From positions 1 through 48,569 of the forward strand of contig VFKK01000064.1 in assembly GCA_009885605.1 (NCBI GenBank): 48,569 bases of DNA, read 5' to 3'. Under the pieces are notes generated by a model. That model ran no database searches. It was not told where the DNA came from and was given only the letters and a program-made list of their open reading frames with translations. This document shows positions 9,858 through 19,717 of the stretch, in pieces (positions within the stretch are counted from its first letter, which is position 1; each line of letters starts with the position of its first letter). This DNA comes from Cyclobacteriaceae bacterium (GTDB lineage Bacteria; Bacteroidota; Bacteroidia; Cytophagales; Cyclobacteriaceae). A program made the translations under genes and the position numbers.

Positions 9858-10019
9858 TTTGGGGAATTCTTTACGAGTTCGAAAGCATTAAAACAGGACT
9901 TCTAAGTTACAATTTTTCCGGTAGGAGTTGGAGAAGTTTCAAACTCGAGTCTGATTTTGATAGAGTTTGGCGGTGATTTTGGTTATATTAATATACACAA
10001 CTTCAAAACCAATCATTCC

Positions 10020-10334
10020 ATGAAAAAGCTACTTACAATTCTGGCATTATTCCTCAGTGTTCAAATGCTAAATGCTGCTCCCATTGAAACAAAGGGAAAA
10101 AACAACGACAAAACCGAACTAACAGAAGCTCAGAAGGCTCGAGTAACTGAAATGGAAAATAGGTTGGAAGAAATTAAAGGAATGGATTTTCAGTCTATGA
10201 GTAAGGATGAGACGAAAGATGTAAGAGAGGAAATGAAAGAAATGAAAGCCGAGGCAAGAGATATCGGAAACGGTGTTTACCTTTCAGTAGGTGCACTTAT
10301 CTTAATTGTTCTCCTTTTGATTCTTCTTACCTAA
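10020..10334 (+). CDS. Small exported coiled-coil protein with hydrophobic C-terminal tail
   Basis: Signal peptide MKKLLTILALFLSVQMLNA, E/K-rich helix, GVYLSVGALILIVLLLILL tail; ATG at 10020 preferred over 9957. Confidence 0.8.
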   Translation: MKKLLTILALFLSVQMLNAAPIETKGKNNDKTELTEAQKARVTEMENRLEEIKGMDFQSMSKDETKDVREEMKEMKAEARDIGNGVYLSVGALILIVLLLILLT

Positions 10335-10351
10335 GACAGAAAGTTTAATTT

Positions 10352-10389
10352 AACAAGAAAGGCTCCAACTGGAGCCTTTCTTGTTTTTT
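10352..10389. terminator. Bidirectional intrinsic terminator
   Basis: AACAAGAAAGGCTCCA-AC-TGGAGCCTTTCTTGTT followed by a T tract, between convergent genes. Confidence 0.85.
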
Positions 10390-10423
10390 AACCATTTCAT
10401 TTTTTGAATCTCATCAATTTGGT

Positions 10424-10867
10424 TTACTTTTCCTCGGGTAGACTATCCAAATATCTTTTGACCTGAAGGCCTCTCAGAAATATAATCACCAAAGGAATCA
10501 GCCAAAGTGTTTCATTGAAAATCAAATGAAAGCCTGTTCGCTTATTCCATCCCAAGTCAGGGAGAAATCCCAATGCAAACCAGATTGTAAGAATGATTTT
10601 GCCGGTGATGCCGGCTATGATCATGTAAACCCAGCTTACGGGATAAAAAGCACTCACGAATATTACTAATCCAACCACTATTCCAAAACTGCCATAATAA
10701 GAAGCGGGTAGTCCTTCAATAGATCCGTTTCCGATTGTCAGCCAATTAAGCAGAGCTGGTCCAAACCATTTGTATAATGCAGACCAAGCAATAGTGTACA
10801 TGCCTGCGAGGAGTAGAAGACCTCTGAAATGCATTGGAAATATTGGAAATTCGGGTTTTTGATCCAT
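10424..10867 (-). CDS. Hypothetical four-TM membrane protein
   Basis: 147 aa ORF with four hydrophobic segments, ATG start. Confidence 0.75.
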   Translation of the reverse strand: MDQKPEFPIFPMHFRGLLLLAGMYTIAWSALYKWFGPALLNWLTIGNGSIEGLPASYYGSFGIVVGLVIFVSAFYPVSWVYMIIAGITGKIILTIWFALGFLPDLGWNKRTGFHLIFNETLWLIPLVIIFLRGLQVKRYLDSLPEEK

Positions 10868-10941
10868 GGATGGTTTGATTTTTTATTTCTTAATGAACAC
10901 CTTGGTGCTCTTCAAGTTTGAGTATACTACAAAACTATCAT

Positions 10942-12621
10942 ATGGAAAGAAAAAATAGATTTCGCTCGGGACCTTTTATTGCAATTGGAGCGATATCCTG
11001 TCTGGCTTTGGGATTCACTTTTGGAAAAAGAGCAGGCGAAATCACGCCTCCTGCCATTGATGCTGCGGGAGATTTGATCGGATTGACTTTTTCCCCTGCG
11101 GAAAAAGACAGCATGATCAGCACGCTGAAAAATCAATTGGGAAATATTGAGACCTCCAGAAAAACCACGTTGGATAATTCCGTTGCTCCGGCTTTGATTT
11201 TCAATCCGCTGCCCATGGGCTTCCAACCCGATCAGGAGCAAAAAGCATTTGATTGGGGTATGAAAGGCCAGGTTACCCTGCCTGAAAAAGAATCAGATAT
11301 CGCCTACATGCCGGTGCATGAGCTTGCGGTTTTGATCAAAAACAAGCAAATCACAAGCGAGCGCCTGACCAAAATCTACCTTGAACGTATCAAGACGTAT
11401 TCCGATACGCTTCAGTGTTTGATTACGTTGATGGAAGATTCTGCTTTGGCAAAAGCCAAACTGATGGATCAGGAATTGGCAGCAGGAAAATACAGAGGAC
11501 CACTTCATGGAATTCCTTACGGCATCAAGGACTTGCTTGCAGTCAAGGGCACCAAAACTACCTGGGGAGCTACTCCCTACAAAGATCAGGTGATCGACGA
11601 GACTGCTACTGTAGTGAATAAATTGAATGATGCAGGGGGAGTTTTGGTCGGGAAATTCACCCTCGGTGCACTTGCAATGGGCGATGTATGGTATGGAGGA
11701 GTAACTAAAAACCCCTGGAATCTCGAGCAAGGCGCAAGTGGATCTTCCGCAGGATCTGCTTCAGCTGTGAGTGCCGGCTTAGTACCTTTTGCAATCGGTA
11801 CGGAAACGCTTGGTTCGATAGTATCTCCATCTACCCGAAATGGTGTAACAGGCCTGCGACCGACATATGGTCGGGTAAGTAAGCATGGCGCAATGGCCTT
11901 AAGCTGGTCCATGGACAAAATTGGACCGATTTCCAGATCTGCTCTTGACAACGGAATCGTGCTTTCAGTCATCAACGGTGCCGATGTAATGGACGCCAGT
12001 ACAATCGCTGCAGCATTTAATTACTCTGTGAAAAATGATCCGAAGAAACTTAAAATAGGATATTTCAAGCCTTACTTCGAAGGTGACAGACCTACTCTTG
12101 CCAATGATAAAAAGGTCTTGGAAGTTCTCGAAAGTCAGGGTTTTGAACTGCATCCCCTGGAACTTAAAACTTCCGTACAAGCAGGTCCGATCGTGATGAT
12201 GCTGATGGTGGAGGGAGCAGCTGCATTTGATGAATTGACAAGATTGGGATGGGACGATCAAATGGTAGCTCAGCATCGCAACGCCTGGCCAAATCTATTT
12301 CGGGCTGCCAGATTTATTCCTGCGGTGGAATACGTGCAGCTTAGCCGTCAGAGAAGCGTCCTGATCAAGGAAATGCATGAGCTGATGAAGGAATATGATG
12401 TGATTGTGACCCCTAGCTTTGGAGGAGCACAATTGCAGATTACAAACCTAACGGGACATCCTGCGTTGTGCCTGCCAAATGGTTTTGCTGCCAATGGAAG
12501 CCCCACCTCAATTACGCTTTTGGGAAATCTTTTCGAAGAAGAAAAGCTGGTGATGCTGGGTCATATGATCCAGCAAAACACAGATTGGCAGGCGAAAAGA
12601 CCACCTATGTTTGACAAGTAA
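10942..12621 (+). CDS. Amidase signature family enzyme with N-terminal signal/TM segment
   Basis: GPLHGIPYGIKD (catalytic Lys), SGSSAGSA, IGTETLGSI and GLRPTYGRVS; ATG at 10942 preferred over 10918. Confidence 0.93.
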   Translation: MERKNRFRSGPFIAIGAISCLALGFTFGKRAGEITPPAIDAAGDLIGLTFSPAEKDSMISTLKNQLGNIETSRKTTLDNSVAPALIFNPLPMGFQPDQEQKAFDWGMKGQVTLPEKESDIAYMPVHELAVLIKNKQITSERLTKIYLERIKTYSDTLQCLITLMEDSALAKAKLMDQELAAGKYRGPLHGIPYGIKDLLAVKGTKTTWGATPYKDQVIDETATVVNKLNDAGGVLVGKFTLGALAMGDVWYGGVTKNPWNLEQGASGSSAGSASAVSAGLVPFAIGTETLGSIVSPSTRNGVTGLRPTYGRVSKHGAMALSWSMDKIGPISRSALDNGIVLSVINGADVMDASTIAAAFNYSVKNDPKKLKIGYFKPYFEGDRPTLANDKKVLEVLESQGFELHPLELKTSVQAGPIVMMLMVEGAAAFDELTRLGWDDQMVAQHRNAWPNLFRAARFIPAVEYVQLSRQRSVLIKEMHELMKEYDVIVTPSFGGAQLQITNLTGHPALCLPNGFAANGSPTSITLLGNLFEEEKLVMLGHMIQQNTDWQAKRPPMFDK

Positions 12622-12646
12622 AAACTGGGACCTGAAAAAATAAGCT

Positions 12647-12684
12647 AAAATAAAAAAATCCCCAATCGGGGATTTTTTTATTTT
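12647..12684. terminator. Bidirectional intrinsic terminator
   Basis: AAAATAAAAAAATCCCC-AATC-GGGGATTTTTTTATTTT between convergent genes. Confidence 0.85.
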
Positions 12685-13244
12685 ACGGCCCCCATGATTT
12701 TCATGTTGTTGGGTTTGAGAAACCAGATTTTTTGAGTGCTCTCCACCGAGTAATGATCGAGTGTCAGGCTTTCAACATTGAAATATACCTCCCCGATCGT
12801 GGTGGAGGTATAAAACATGTTTTCTTCAACCAATTTTACCGTGATTCCGGTTGGCTTGTCATTATCGTAACGCACTGTGATTTTCTTCACTTTTCCTTTC
12901 TCTCTCGGTAAAAGTGTATGGGTGAGATAGCTGTTTTTCACTTGGGTGTCGTAAGACTGAACCAAAGAAGGCTTATTGATATCCGCCTGAAAGAAAATGT
13001 CTAATTCCTCTTTCCAGTCCTGCACTGAATAGACAACGTCCGATGTTTCTTCCTGATTTTGAACCCGGGAGATCTTCGAAACTTTTGCACCGTCTACTTT
13101 TGTGATTTCCTGTTCGATGTATCCCGCAAGGTCAAAGTAGGGAAGCTTTTCCATTTTTGCCTGAGGTGATGCTTCAGGCTTGGGGGTACAGGCGATGGCT
13201 GCCCAAAAGAGCAGCCCTGTAAATAGTATTAGTTGTATTCTCAT
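12678..13244 (-). CDS. Hypothetical lipoprotein
   Basis: Lipobox-like AAIAC after a hydrophobic stretch; start overlaps the gpmI stop by 1 nt. Confidence 0.75.
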   Translation of the reverse strand: MRIQLILFTGLLFWAAIACTPKPEASPQAKMEKLPYFDLAGYIEQEITKVDGAKVSKISRVQNQEETSDVVYSVQDWKEELDIFFQADINKPSLVQSYDTQVKNSYLTHTLLPREKGKVKKITVRYDNDKPTGITVKLVEENMFYTSTTIGEVYFNVESLTLDHYSVESTQKIWFLKPNNMKIMGAVK

Positions 13245-14767
13245 TACTTTAAAAGAATCTCTCCGTTCATTTCAGCTGGTATTTCTACCCCCATTAAAGT
13301 GAGAATTGTGGGGGAAAGATCACCAAGTTTTCCATCTCTCACAGGAAGGAAGTCTTTTCCATCTATCATGATGAAAGGAACCAAGTTGGTTGTGTGAGCA
13401 GTATTTGGAGTTCCGTCTTCATTGATCATCATGTCGCTATTACCGTGATCGGCTATTACGATGATGGTATATCCATTTTCCAAAGCAGTGGTAACGACAC
13501 TTTCTGCACATGCATCCACAGCTTCGCAAGCTTTGACGGCCGCTTCGAATATACCTGTATGACCGACCATGTCTGCATTTGCAAAGTTGAGAACAATGAA
13601 ATCCGCGCTTTTTCTTTTCAATTCAGAATTGATCTTGGAAGCTATTTCAAAGGCACTCATTTCAGGTTTGAGATCATAGGTTGCCACTTTTGGAGAAGAA
13701 CAGAGAAGTCTGGATTCTCCCTCAAATACTCTTTCTCTTCCTCCGGAAAAGAAAAAGGTTACGTGCGGATATTTCTCGGTTTCTGCGATTCTGATTTGCT
13801 TCTTGCCGGCTCTTTCAAGCACTTCCCCGAGCGTGTTATTCAGATTGTCTTTTTCAAAAAGGACCTGAACACCCAGGAAAGTCTCGTCGTAAGTGGTAAA
13901 CGTAACGTAATCGAGGGCGAGTTTTTTCATGTTGAAATCCTCAAAATCTTTTTGAGTCAGCACCTGAGTAATCTCCCTGCCTCGGTCTGTTCGGAAGTTA
14001 AAACAGATGACCAAATCCCCTTCTTCGATGATTGCCAGTGGTCGGTTATTTGCACCGACATGGATGATAGGACGGATAAATTCATCCGTCACACTGTTTT
14101 CGTATGATTTGCGAATAGCAGTCAGGATATCTTTAGACTTTTCTCCCTCACCTTTAACCATCGCATCGTAAGCCAGCTTTACGCGTTCCCAGCGATTGTC
14201 ACGATCCATCGCATAATATCTTCCCACGACTGAGGCAATTTGTCCTGCGGAATTTTTCAAATAATCCTGCAAATCGGTCAGATAGCCTAGCCCTCCTTTT
14301 GGATCTGTGTCTCGACCATCTGTGAAAGCGTGGATAAATACATCCTGCAAGCTATGATACTTGGCCGCGTCACAAAGGCCTTTGAGGTGATTGATATGAG
14401 AGTGCACTCCGCCGTCTGAAACCAGTCCGATAAAGTGAGTTTTCTTCTTGGCGGCTTTGGTTTTTGCAAATGCTGCAGCAAGGACAGGATGGGTGTTTAG
14501 TTCTCCCTTTTCGACTGCAAGATTGATTTTAACGAGGTCCTGGAATACAATTCTTCCTGCTCCGATATTCATATGGCCGACTTCAGAATTCCCCATTTGG
14601 CCTTCCGGTAATCCAACGGCAAGTCCTGATGCTTCTAGGGTAGCGTGGGGATATTTTTTATAAAGGCTGTCTACGAATGGAGTCTTTGCCTTGTCAATTG
14701 CAGAAACTGCAGGGTTGGTGGCGATGCCCCAGCCGTCCAAAATCATTAAAAGTACTTTCTTGTCCAT
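13244..14767 (-). CDS. gpmI: 2,3-bisphosphoglycerate-independent phosphoglycerate mutase
   Basis: ILDGWG, GQMGNSEVGH, DGGVHSH, AETEKYPHVTFF, DMVGHTG and ADHGN. Confidence 0.98.
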   Translation of the reverse strand: MDKKVLLMILDGWGIATNPAVSAIDKAKTPFVDSLYKKYPHATLEASGLAVGLPEGQMGNSEVGHMNIGAGRIVFQDLVKINLAVEKGELNTHPVLAAAFAKTKAAKKKTHFIGLVSDGGVHSHINHLKGLCDAAKYHSLQDVFIHAFTDGRDTDPKGGLGYLTDLQDYLKNSAGQIASVVGRYYAMDRDNRWERVKLAYDAMVKGEGEKSKDILTAIRKSYENSVTDEFIRPIIHVGANNRPLAIIEEGDLVICFNFRTDRGREITQVLTQKDFEDFNMKKLALDYVTFTTYDETFLGVQVLFEKDNLNNTLGEVLERAGKKQIRIAETEKYPHVTFFFSGGRERVFEGESRLLCSSPKVATYDLKPEMSAFEIASKINSELKRKSADFIVLNFANADMVGHTGIFEAAVKACEAVDACAESVVTTALENGYTIIVIADHGNSDMMINEDGTPNTAHTTNLVPFIMIDGKDFLPVRDGKLGDLSPTILTLMGVEIPAEMNGEILLK

Positions 14768-14771
14768 GGTG

Positions 14772-14779
14772 CAAATATA
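14772..14779 (-). promoter_or_regulatory. Bacteroidota -7 promoter element for gpmI
   Basis: TATATTTG (TAnnTTTG) on the minus strand, 4 nt before the ATG. Confidence 0.6.
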
Positions 14780-14902
14780 TTACTTTTCGATGCAAAGTAG
14801 GCGGAGAATCAATCCCTGACAAAACCTGTGAAACCGCACCTTATCAACGTATACAGCGGTTTTGTAATTTGTTTTTGGCTTAGTATTTGCCAAGTGAAGT
14901 TG

Positions 14903-15298
14903 ATGTTATTATTGAAACTCACAATTTCTCTGCTGCTGATGCTAATCCTCCCATCGGGATCACCAGAAACTCCATTATCCATTGACCCTGTAATTTCAGC
15001 GATTGATAGTGGTTCAAGCAGTGATTTGGCCAGATATTTTGAGTCTAGTATTTCTTTAAATGTGGATGGACAACAGGGTGATTACTCTAAAAATCAGGCG
15101 GAACTTGTCATCAAAGATTTTTTCAGAAAGAATCCACCCATGGGATTTAATCTTGTTTTTCGAAGTGAAACCAACCCAAGCCTGAGTTCCTACATAGGTG
15201 ATTATCAGTCTGATCAGGGTATTTTCAAAGTATTGATCAAGGTTTCCCAGCAAAACTCTACCTTGAAGATCTATAGTCTGGAGTTTGTTAAAGGCTAA
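14903..15298 (+). CDS. DUF4783-like exported protein
   Basis: AIDSGSSSDLARYF...YSKNQAELVIKDFFRKNPP pattern; start uncertain (14828 in the track). Confidence 0.75.
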   Translation: MLLLKLTISLLLMLILPSGSPETPLSIDPVISAIDSGSSSDLARYFESSISLNVDGQQGDYSKNQAELVIKDFFRKNPPMGFNLVFRSETNPSLSSYIGDYQSDQGIFKVLIKVSQQNSTLKIYSLEFVKG

Positions 15299-15339
15299 AC
15301 GATTTCTTTAAAAACCTCCTTTTACCTCCTCTGAATCCT

Positions 15340-15347
15340 TATTTTTG
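15340..15347 (+). promoter_or_regulatory. Bacteroidota -7 promoter element for nadC
   Basis: TATTTTTG, 4 nt before the ATG at 15352. Confidence 0.6.
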
Positions 15348-15351
15348 CGGC

Positions 15352-16209
15352 ATGAGACCTGCCTACCTTACAGAAGAAGCCATAAGAAATTTTATTTCCG
15401 CTGGATTTAGCGAAGATATTGGTCCGGGTGATTATTCTTCACTGGCATCTATTCCGGAGGAAAAAACAGGAACCGCCAGGCTTCTGATAAAAGGAGATGG
15501 AATATTAGCCGGGTTAGAATTAGCAGAAAGAATTTTTAAAACTTTTGATCCAAGGCTTGAGGTGGAATTGCTTTTGGAGGATGGTGCCTGCGTAAAGGAA
15601 GGATATATTGGATTGAAAGTCTCCGGTTCGGCAGCATCGATTCTTTCCTCAGAGCGTCTTGTCCTTAATTGTATGCAGCGAATGAGCGGAATTGCTACAC
15701 TTACCCACTTTTTGACGCAAAAAATCATTCATACCAAGGCTCGCCTGATGGATACCCGCAAGACTACGCCGAATTTCCGATTGATGGAAAAATGGGCAGT
15801 GCACATCGGTGGAGGAGTCAATCATCGCTTCGCACTTTATGATATGGTGATGCTCAAGGACAATCATGTGGATTTTGCCGGAGGAATCAGACCAGCAATC
15901 GAACGGACAAAAGCCTATCTGGAGGCGAATAATTTAAACCTGAAAATAGAGGTTGAAACCCGGAATTTGAAGGAAGTGGAAGAAGTGCTCGAAGTGGGCG
16001 GGATAGATTATATTATGCTTGACAATATGGACTATGCCACCATGAGAACGGCCGTAAAGATGATTGGAGGCCGATTCTCTACTGAAGCAAGCGGAGGAAT
16101 CACCGAGGGAAATCTGGTAGAAGTAGCCGAATGCGGGGTAGATTTTATCTCAATGGGAGCCTTGACCCATTCAGTCAAAAGTATGGACATCAGTTTGAAA
16201 GCAATTTGA
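15352..16209 (+). CDS. nadC: Nicotinate-nucleotide diphosphorylase (quinolinate phosphoribosyltransferase)
   Basis: DTRKTTP, NHRFALYD, LKDNH, IEVE, IMLDN, EASGGI and GALTHS. Confidence 0.98.
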   Translation: MRPAYLTEEAIRNFISAGFSEDIGPGDYSSLASIPEEKTGTARLLIKGDGILAGLELAERIFKTFDPRLEVELLLEDGACVKEGYIGLKVSGSAASILSSERLVLNCMQRMSGIATLTHFLTQKIIHTKARLMDTRKTTPNFRLMEKWAVHIGGGVNHRFALYDMVMLKDNHVDFAGGIRPAIERTKAYLEANNLNLKIEVETRNLKEVEEVLEVGGIDYIMLDNMDYATMRTAVKMIGGRFSTEASGGITEGNLVEVAECGVDFISMGALTHSVKSMDISLKAI

Positions 16210-16235
16210 TTATGAATAAGAAAGAATTCAGCGCA

Positions 16236-17303
16236 TCATATCCACTTTTTCTTGATGAAATAACCAAGCATTATAAGTGCTGAAACGAACATTCCTGCAA
16301 GCACATAGAAATAGCCATATCGCCATCGAAGCTCGGGCATAAAATCAAAATTCATCCCATAAATTCCAGCAACGAAAGTAAGAGGGATAAAAATGGTTGA
16401 AATGATTGTCAGGACTTTCATCACATTATTCATGCGATTGGAAAGACTGTTCATGTAGAGGTCCAACACTCCTGAAGACATATCCCGGAAGACTTCCATG
16501 GTTTCTATGACCTGTATGGTATTGTCATATAAATCCCTGATAAATGGCTTGGTTTCCCTGGTAATGAATTGATCAGCATTTTTCTCAAAACTGCTTATAA
16601 CTTCCCTGAGAGGATAAACTGAGCGGCGAAGGGCCAGAATTTGCCGCCGCTCCAGATATATTTTCTGAAGCACACTGGTGTCCGGTTCGTTCATTGCCAA
16701 AGCTTCAATCACTTCGATTTTTTCGCTTACAGTTTCCAAAACCAAAAAGTAATGATCCACTATCGAATCCATAAGAGAATAAAGTAAGTAATCTGCTCCC
16801 CTCTTTCTTATTGATCCTTTTCCAGTTGAGATTCGGGTTCGGACGAAGCTAAAAACATCTCCTGGTTTCTCCTGAAATGAAATCAAAACGTTTCCCTTGA
16901 GGATTAGACTTATTTGCTCTGCTTCAATCTGGGAATCTACTCCTTCACATTGAACCATTTGAAGTTCGGTGAATAAGTAATCATCAAAAATCTCCATTTT
17001 AGGCCGTTGCTCCACATTCAAAATATCCTCAATTGTGAGGCGATGTAACTCAAACATCGCTCCTATTTCCTCTAAAAGTTGCTCATCGTGTAGACCAATG
17101 ATATCTACCCAAAGGACTCGATTTTTTTGACTTAGATGTTCAGAAAGATCTTCCAGAGAGCCGATTTCAAATTCCTCTGCCTCTTCGGCATTGTAGGAAA
17201 TCAGATTGATTTTAACTGATTCTAGTTTTTTGGTCCCGGTGAAAACTGCCGAGCCAGGGGCCTGACCGATCTTGAAGCTTTTCTTTTTTCCCAGTAATCT
17301 CAT
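16236..17303 (-). CDS. corA: Magnesium/cobalt transporter CorA
   Basis: YGMNF signature, MPEL loop and two C-terminal TM helices. Confidence 0.96.
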   Translation of the reverse strand: MRLLGKKKSFKIGQAPGSAVFTGTKKLESVKINLISYNAEEAEEFEIGSLEDLSEHLSQKNRVLWVDIIGLHDEQLLEEIGAMFELHRLTIEDILNVEQRPKMEIFDDYLFTELQMVQCEGVDSQIEAEQISLILKGNVLISFQEKPGDVFSFVRTRISTGKGSIRKRGADYLLYSLMDSIVDHYFLVLETVSEKIEVIEALAMNEPDTSVLQKIYLERRQILALRRSVYPLREVISSFEKNADQFITRETKPFIRDLYDNTIQVIETMEVFRDMSSGVLDLYMNSLSNRMNNVMKVLTIISTIFIPLTFVAGIYGMNFDFMPELRWRYGYFYVLAGMFVSALIMLGYFIKKKWI

Positions 17304-17346
17304 GTTGGCTGAAGGATTTATGAAATATAAAACTTACCCGTCAGGA

Positions 17347-18291
17347 TCACAATAAATCGTCGGTTTTCAAAAAATTCAAATTCCGCTTTAGTCCTGAAAA
17401 CTTGGTTCGATTGACGGCGGATTTTTGGAATACCCGCTTGAATGTATCCTCAGTAATTTCCTCCCAATCAGCTTTTGAAAAGCCCATCAAATCGGGATGG
17501 GGATCAAACCGAGGTTCCTGATGCGGCTTCGAAAATCGATTCCATGGACATACATCCTGGCATATATCACAGCCAAAAGCCCAATTTTCCATTTTCCCCT
17601 TGAACTCAGAAGGAATGGCGTCTTTAAGTTCTATGGTCAGGTAAGAAATGCATTTGGATCCATCCACCACTCCGGCTTCGACAATAGCATCCGTCGGACA
17701 TGCATCGATACATTTCGTACAAGTGCCGCAGTAATCCTTGATGATAAGCGAATCCGGCATCACTTCGAGATCAATGATCAACTCGGCTAAAAAGAAAAAA
17801 CTCCCGATATCCCGATTCAATAAAAGACTGTTTTTTCCTATCCAGCCTATTCCTGCTTTTTGGGCCCACTGACGCTCCATCACGGGGGCAGAATCGACAA
17901 AGGCACGCCCGTTGATTTCCCCGATTTCGGTTCGGAGGATTTCTAAAAATGAGTTAAGTTTTTCACGGATTACGAGATGGTAATCTTCGCCGTAAGCGTA
18001 TTTGGCAAGTTTGATTTCTTCATTTCCTTTGGGAAGTTCTTCCTTTGGAAAGTAATTATAGGCGAGGGAAACGACTGTTTTTGCTCCCTCCACGAGTTTG
18101 GTCGGGTCAAGTCGCTTATCGAAATGATTGGCCAGATAGGCCATTTCTCCCTGGTAATTTTGATTCAGCCAGGCCTCAAGCATCGGGGCTTCTTTTTCCA
18201 GGAAACCTGCTTTTGCAATTCCACAAAATTCAAATCCCAGAGTTTTCGCAGTGGATTTGATAATGGATGCATTTTTTTCGTGAGAGAGCAT
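17347..18291 (-). CDS. queG: tRNA epoxyqueuosine reductase
   Basis: [39 protein letters not shown] and [13 protein letters not shown]. Confidence 0.97.
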   Translation of the reverse strand: MLSHEKNASIIKSTAKTLGFEFCGIAKAGFLEKEAPMLEAWLNQNYQGEMAYLANHFDKRLDPTKLVEGAKTVVSLAYNYFPKEELPKGNEEIKLAKYAYGEDYHLVIREKLNSFLEILRTEIGEINGRAFVDSAPVMERQWAQKAGIGWIGKNSLLLNRDIGSFFFLAELIIDLEVMPDSLIIKDYCGTCTKCIDACPTDAIVEAGVVDGSKCISYLTIELKDAIPSEFKGKMENWAFGCDICQDVCPWNRFSKPHQEPRFDPHPDLMGFSKADWEEITEDTFKRVFQKSAVNRTKFSGLKRNLNFLKTDDLL

Positions 18292-18337
18292 GGATTCTGG
18301 ATTTCTTCAGGAAAAATATCAAAGAAATCCGGGAATC

Positions 18338-18553
18338 TCAGTGTCTTGGTTTATCCTGATACCATTGCTCTTCAAATGTTTCTTTGATTTCGATAGGTGC
18401 CGTCAACACAGAATATACCATCCATATCACCAACGCCGGACTGATCAGAAACATCAGCCATATTAAAGACAGGCTTAATTCAAATTGAATTGCTGTTACA
18501 AATAGGATCAGAAAGCCCGTTACCAAGCCCACTGAAGTCAGATAGTTATTCAT
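18338..18553 (-). CDS. Small two-TM membrane protein
   Basis: 71 aa ORF with two hydrophobic helices and a TFEEQWYQD tail, ATG start. Confidence 0.7.
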   Translation of the reverse strand: MNNYLTSVGLVTGFLILFVTAIQFELSLSLIWLMFLISPALVIWMVYSVLTAPIEIKETFEEQWYQDKPRH

Positions 18554-18614
18554 CTTTTTCGTGAAATTGTTTCAGAGATTAAACTCGCAGACGCATTCAC
18601 TTGTTACAAGCTCT

Positions 18615-19715
18615 ATGAAAGGATTTCGATTCACTCAGTATGTGCCTCCACAGGACCCTGAGAAAAATACTTTTGAGAACTTGCTGAACATTTTTCTCCA
18701 ACTCGTCACCATGACTGGGGGAGATGTGGCAGAGGCATTGAGCTGGCTGACCAATCTGGACAAGCGATACAACATGACCAATCCGAACTACGGGATTGGA
18801 GACTTTATCGAAGACCTGAAATCGAAAGGCTATCTCACCGAGGAAAACCAAAAAGGCGAATTCAAAATCACAGGAAAAGCAGAGCAAAACATTCGGAAAA
18901 GTGCTCTGGAGGAAATTTTCGGAAAGCTAAAAAAAGGAAAATCGGGGCAACATAAAACCACGCTTTCGGGTCAGGGAGATGAACGCGGCACCGACAGAAG
19001 AGCTTTTGAGTTTGGAGATAATCTCGATCAGATTGCCTTGACTGATTCCCTGAGGAATGCCCAGGCAAATCACGGCTTTTCAGGAGATTATTTGCTGACA
19101 GAGGACGATCTGGAAGTGATGGAAAACGAGGTTAGATCTCAGACTTCCACAGTCCTGATGATTGATATTTCCCACTCCATGATTTTGTACGGGGAGGACC
19201 GGATAACGCCAGCGAAGAAAGTGGCGATGGCACTTGCGGAACTGATCAAAACCCGCTATCCAAAAGACACGCTTGATATCATCGTCTTCGGAAATGATGC
19301 CTGGCAGATCGAAATCAAAGATTTGCCTTATTTACAGGTTGGACCGTATCATACTAATACGGTGGCCGGACTGGAACTTGCGATGGATTTGCTGCGAAGG
19401 AGAAAGAATCCGAATAAACAGATATTCATGATCACCGACGGAAAGCCGACTTGCCTTAAAGTTGGGATCAAGTATTATAAAAATGCCTTTGGTATCGATA
19501 GCAAGATCCTTGCGGAGACGTTGAAGCTAGCAGCTCAATGCCGAAAGCTGAAGATTCCTGTGACCACTTTTATGATTGCTTCAGATCCCTATTTGAAAGA
19601 ATTTGTAAAAGAATTTACCAAAGTAAATAACGGAAATGCCTATTACTCCAGCCTGAAAGGCCTTGGAGACCTCATATTTGAAGACTACAGACGAAACCGA
19701 ACCAAACGCTTTTAA
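18615..19715 (+). CDS. von Willebrand factor A domain protein, partner of the downstream AAA+ ATPase
   Basis: MIDAS DISHS, T and ITDG motifs; ATG at 18615 preferred over 18561. Confidence 0.88.
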   Translation: MKGFRFTQYVPPQDPEKNTFENLLNIFLQLVTMTGGDVAEALSWLTNLDKRYNMTNPNYGIGDFIEDLKSKGYLTEENQKGEFKITGKAEQNIRKSALEEIFGKLKKGKSGQHKTTLSGQGDERGTDRRAFEFGDNLDQIALTDSLRNAQANHGFSGDYLLTEDDLEVMENEVRSQTSTVLMIDISHSMILYGEDRITPAKKVAMALAELIKTRYPKDTLDIIVFGNDAWQIEIKDLPYLQVGPYHTNTVAGLELAMDLLRRRKNPNKQIFMITDGKPTCLKVGIKYYKNAFGIDSKILAETLKLAAQCRKLKIPVTTFMIASDPYLKEFVKEFTKVNNGNAYYSSLKGLGDLIFEDYRRNRTKRF

Positions 19716-19717
19716 GC

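Noticed and set aside
10942-12621. Calling the amidase gatA
   Set aside because: It has a signal/TM segment, GTETLGS in place of GSDTGGS, and no gatB nearby.
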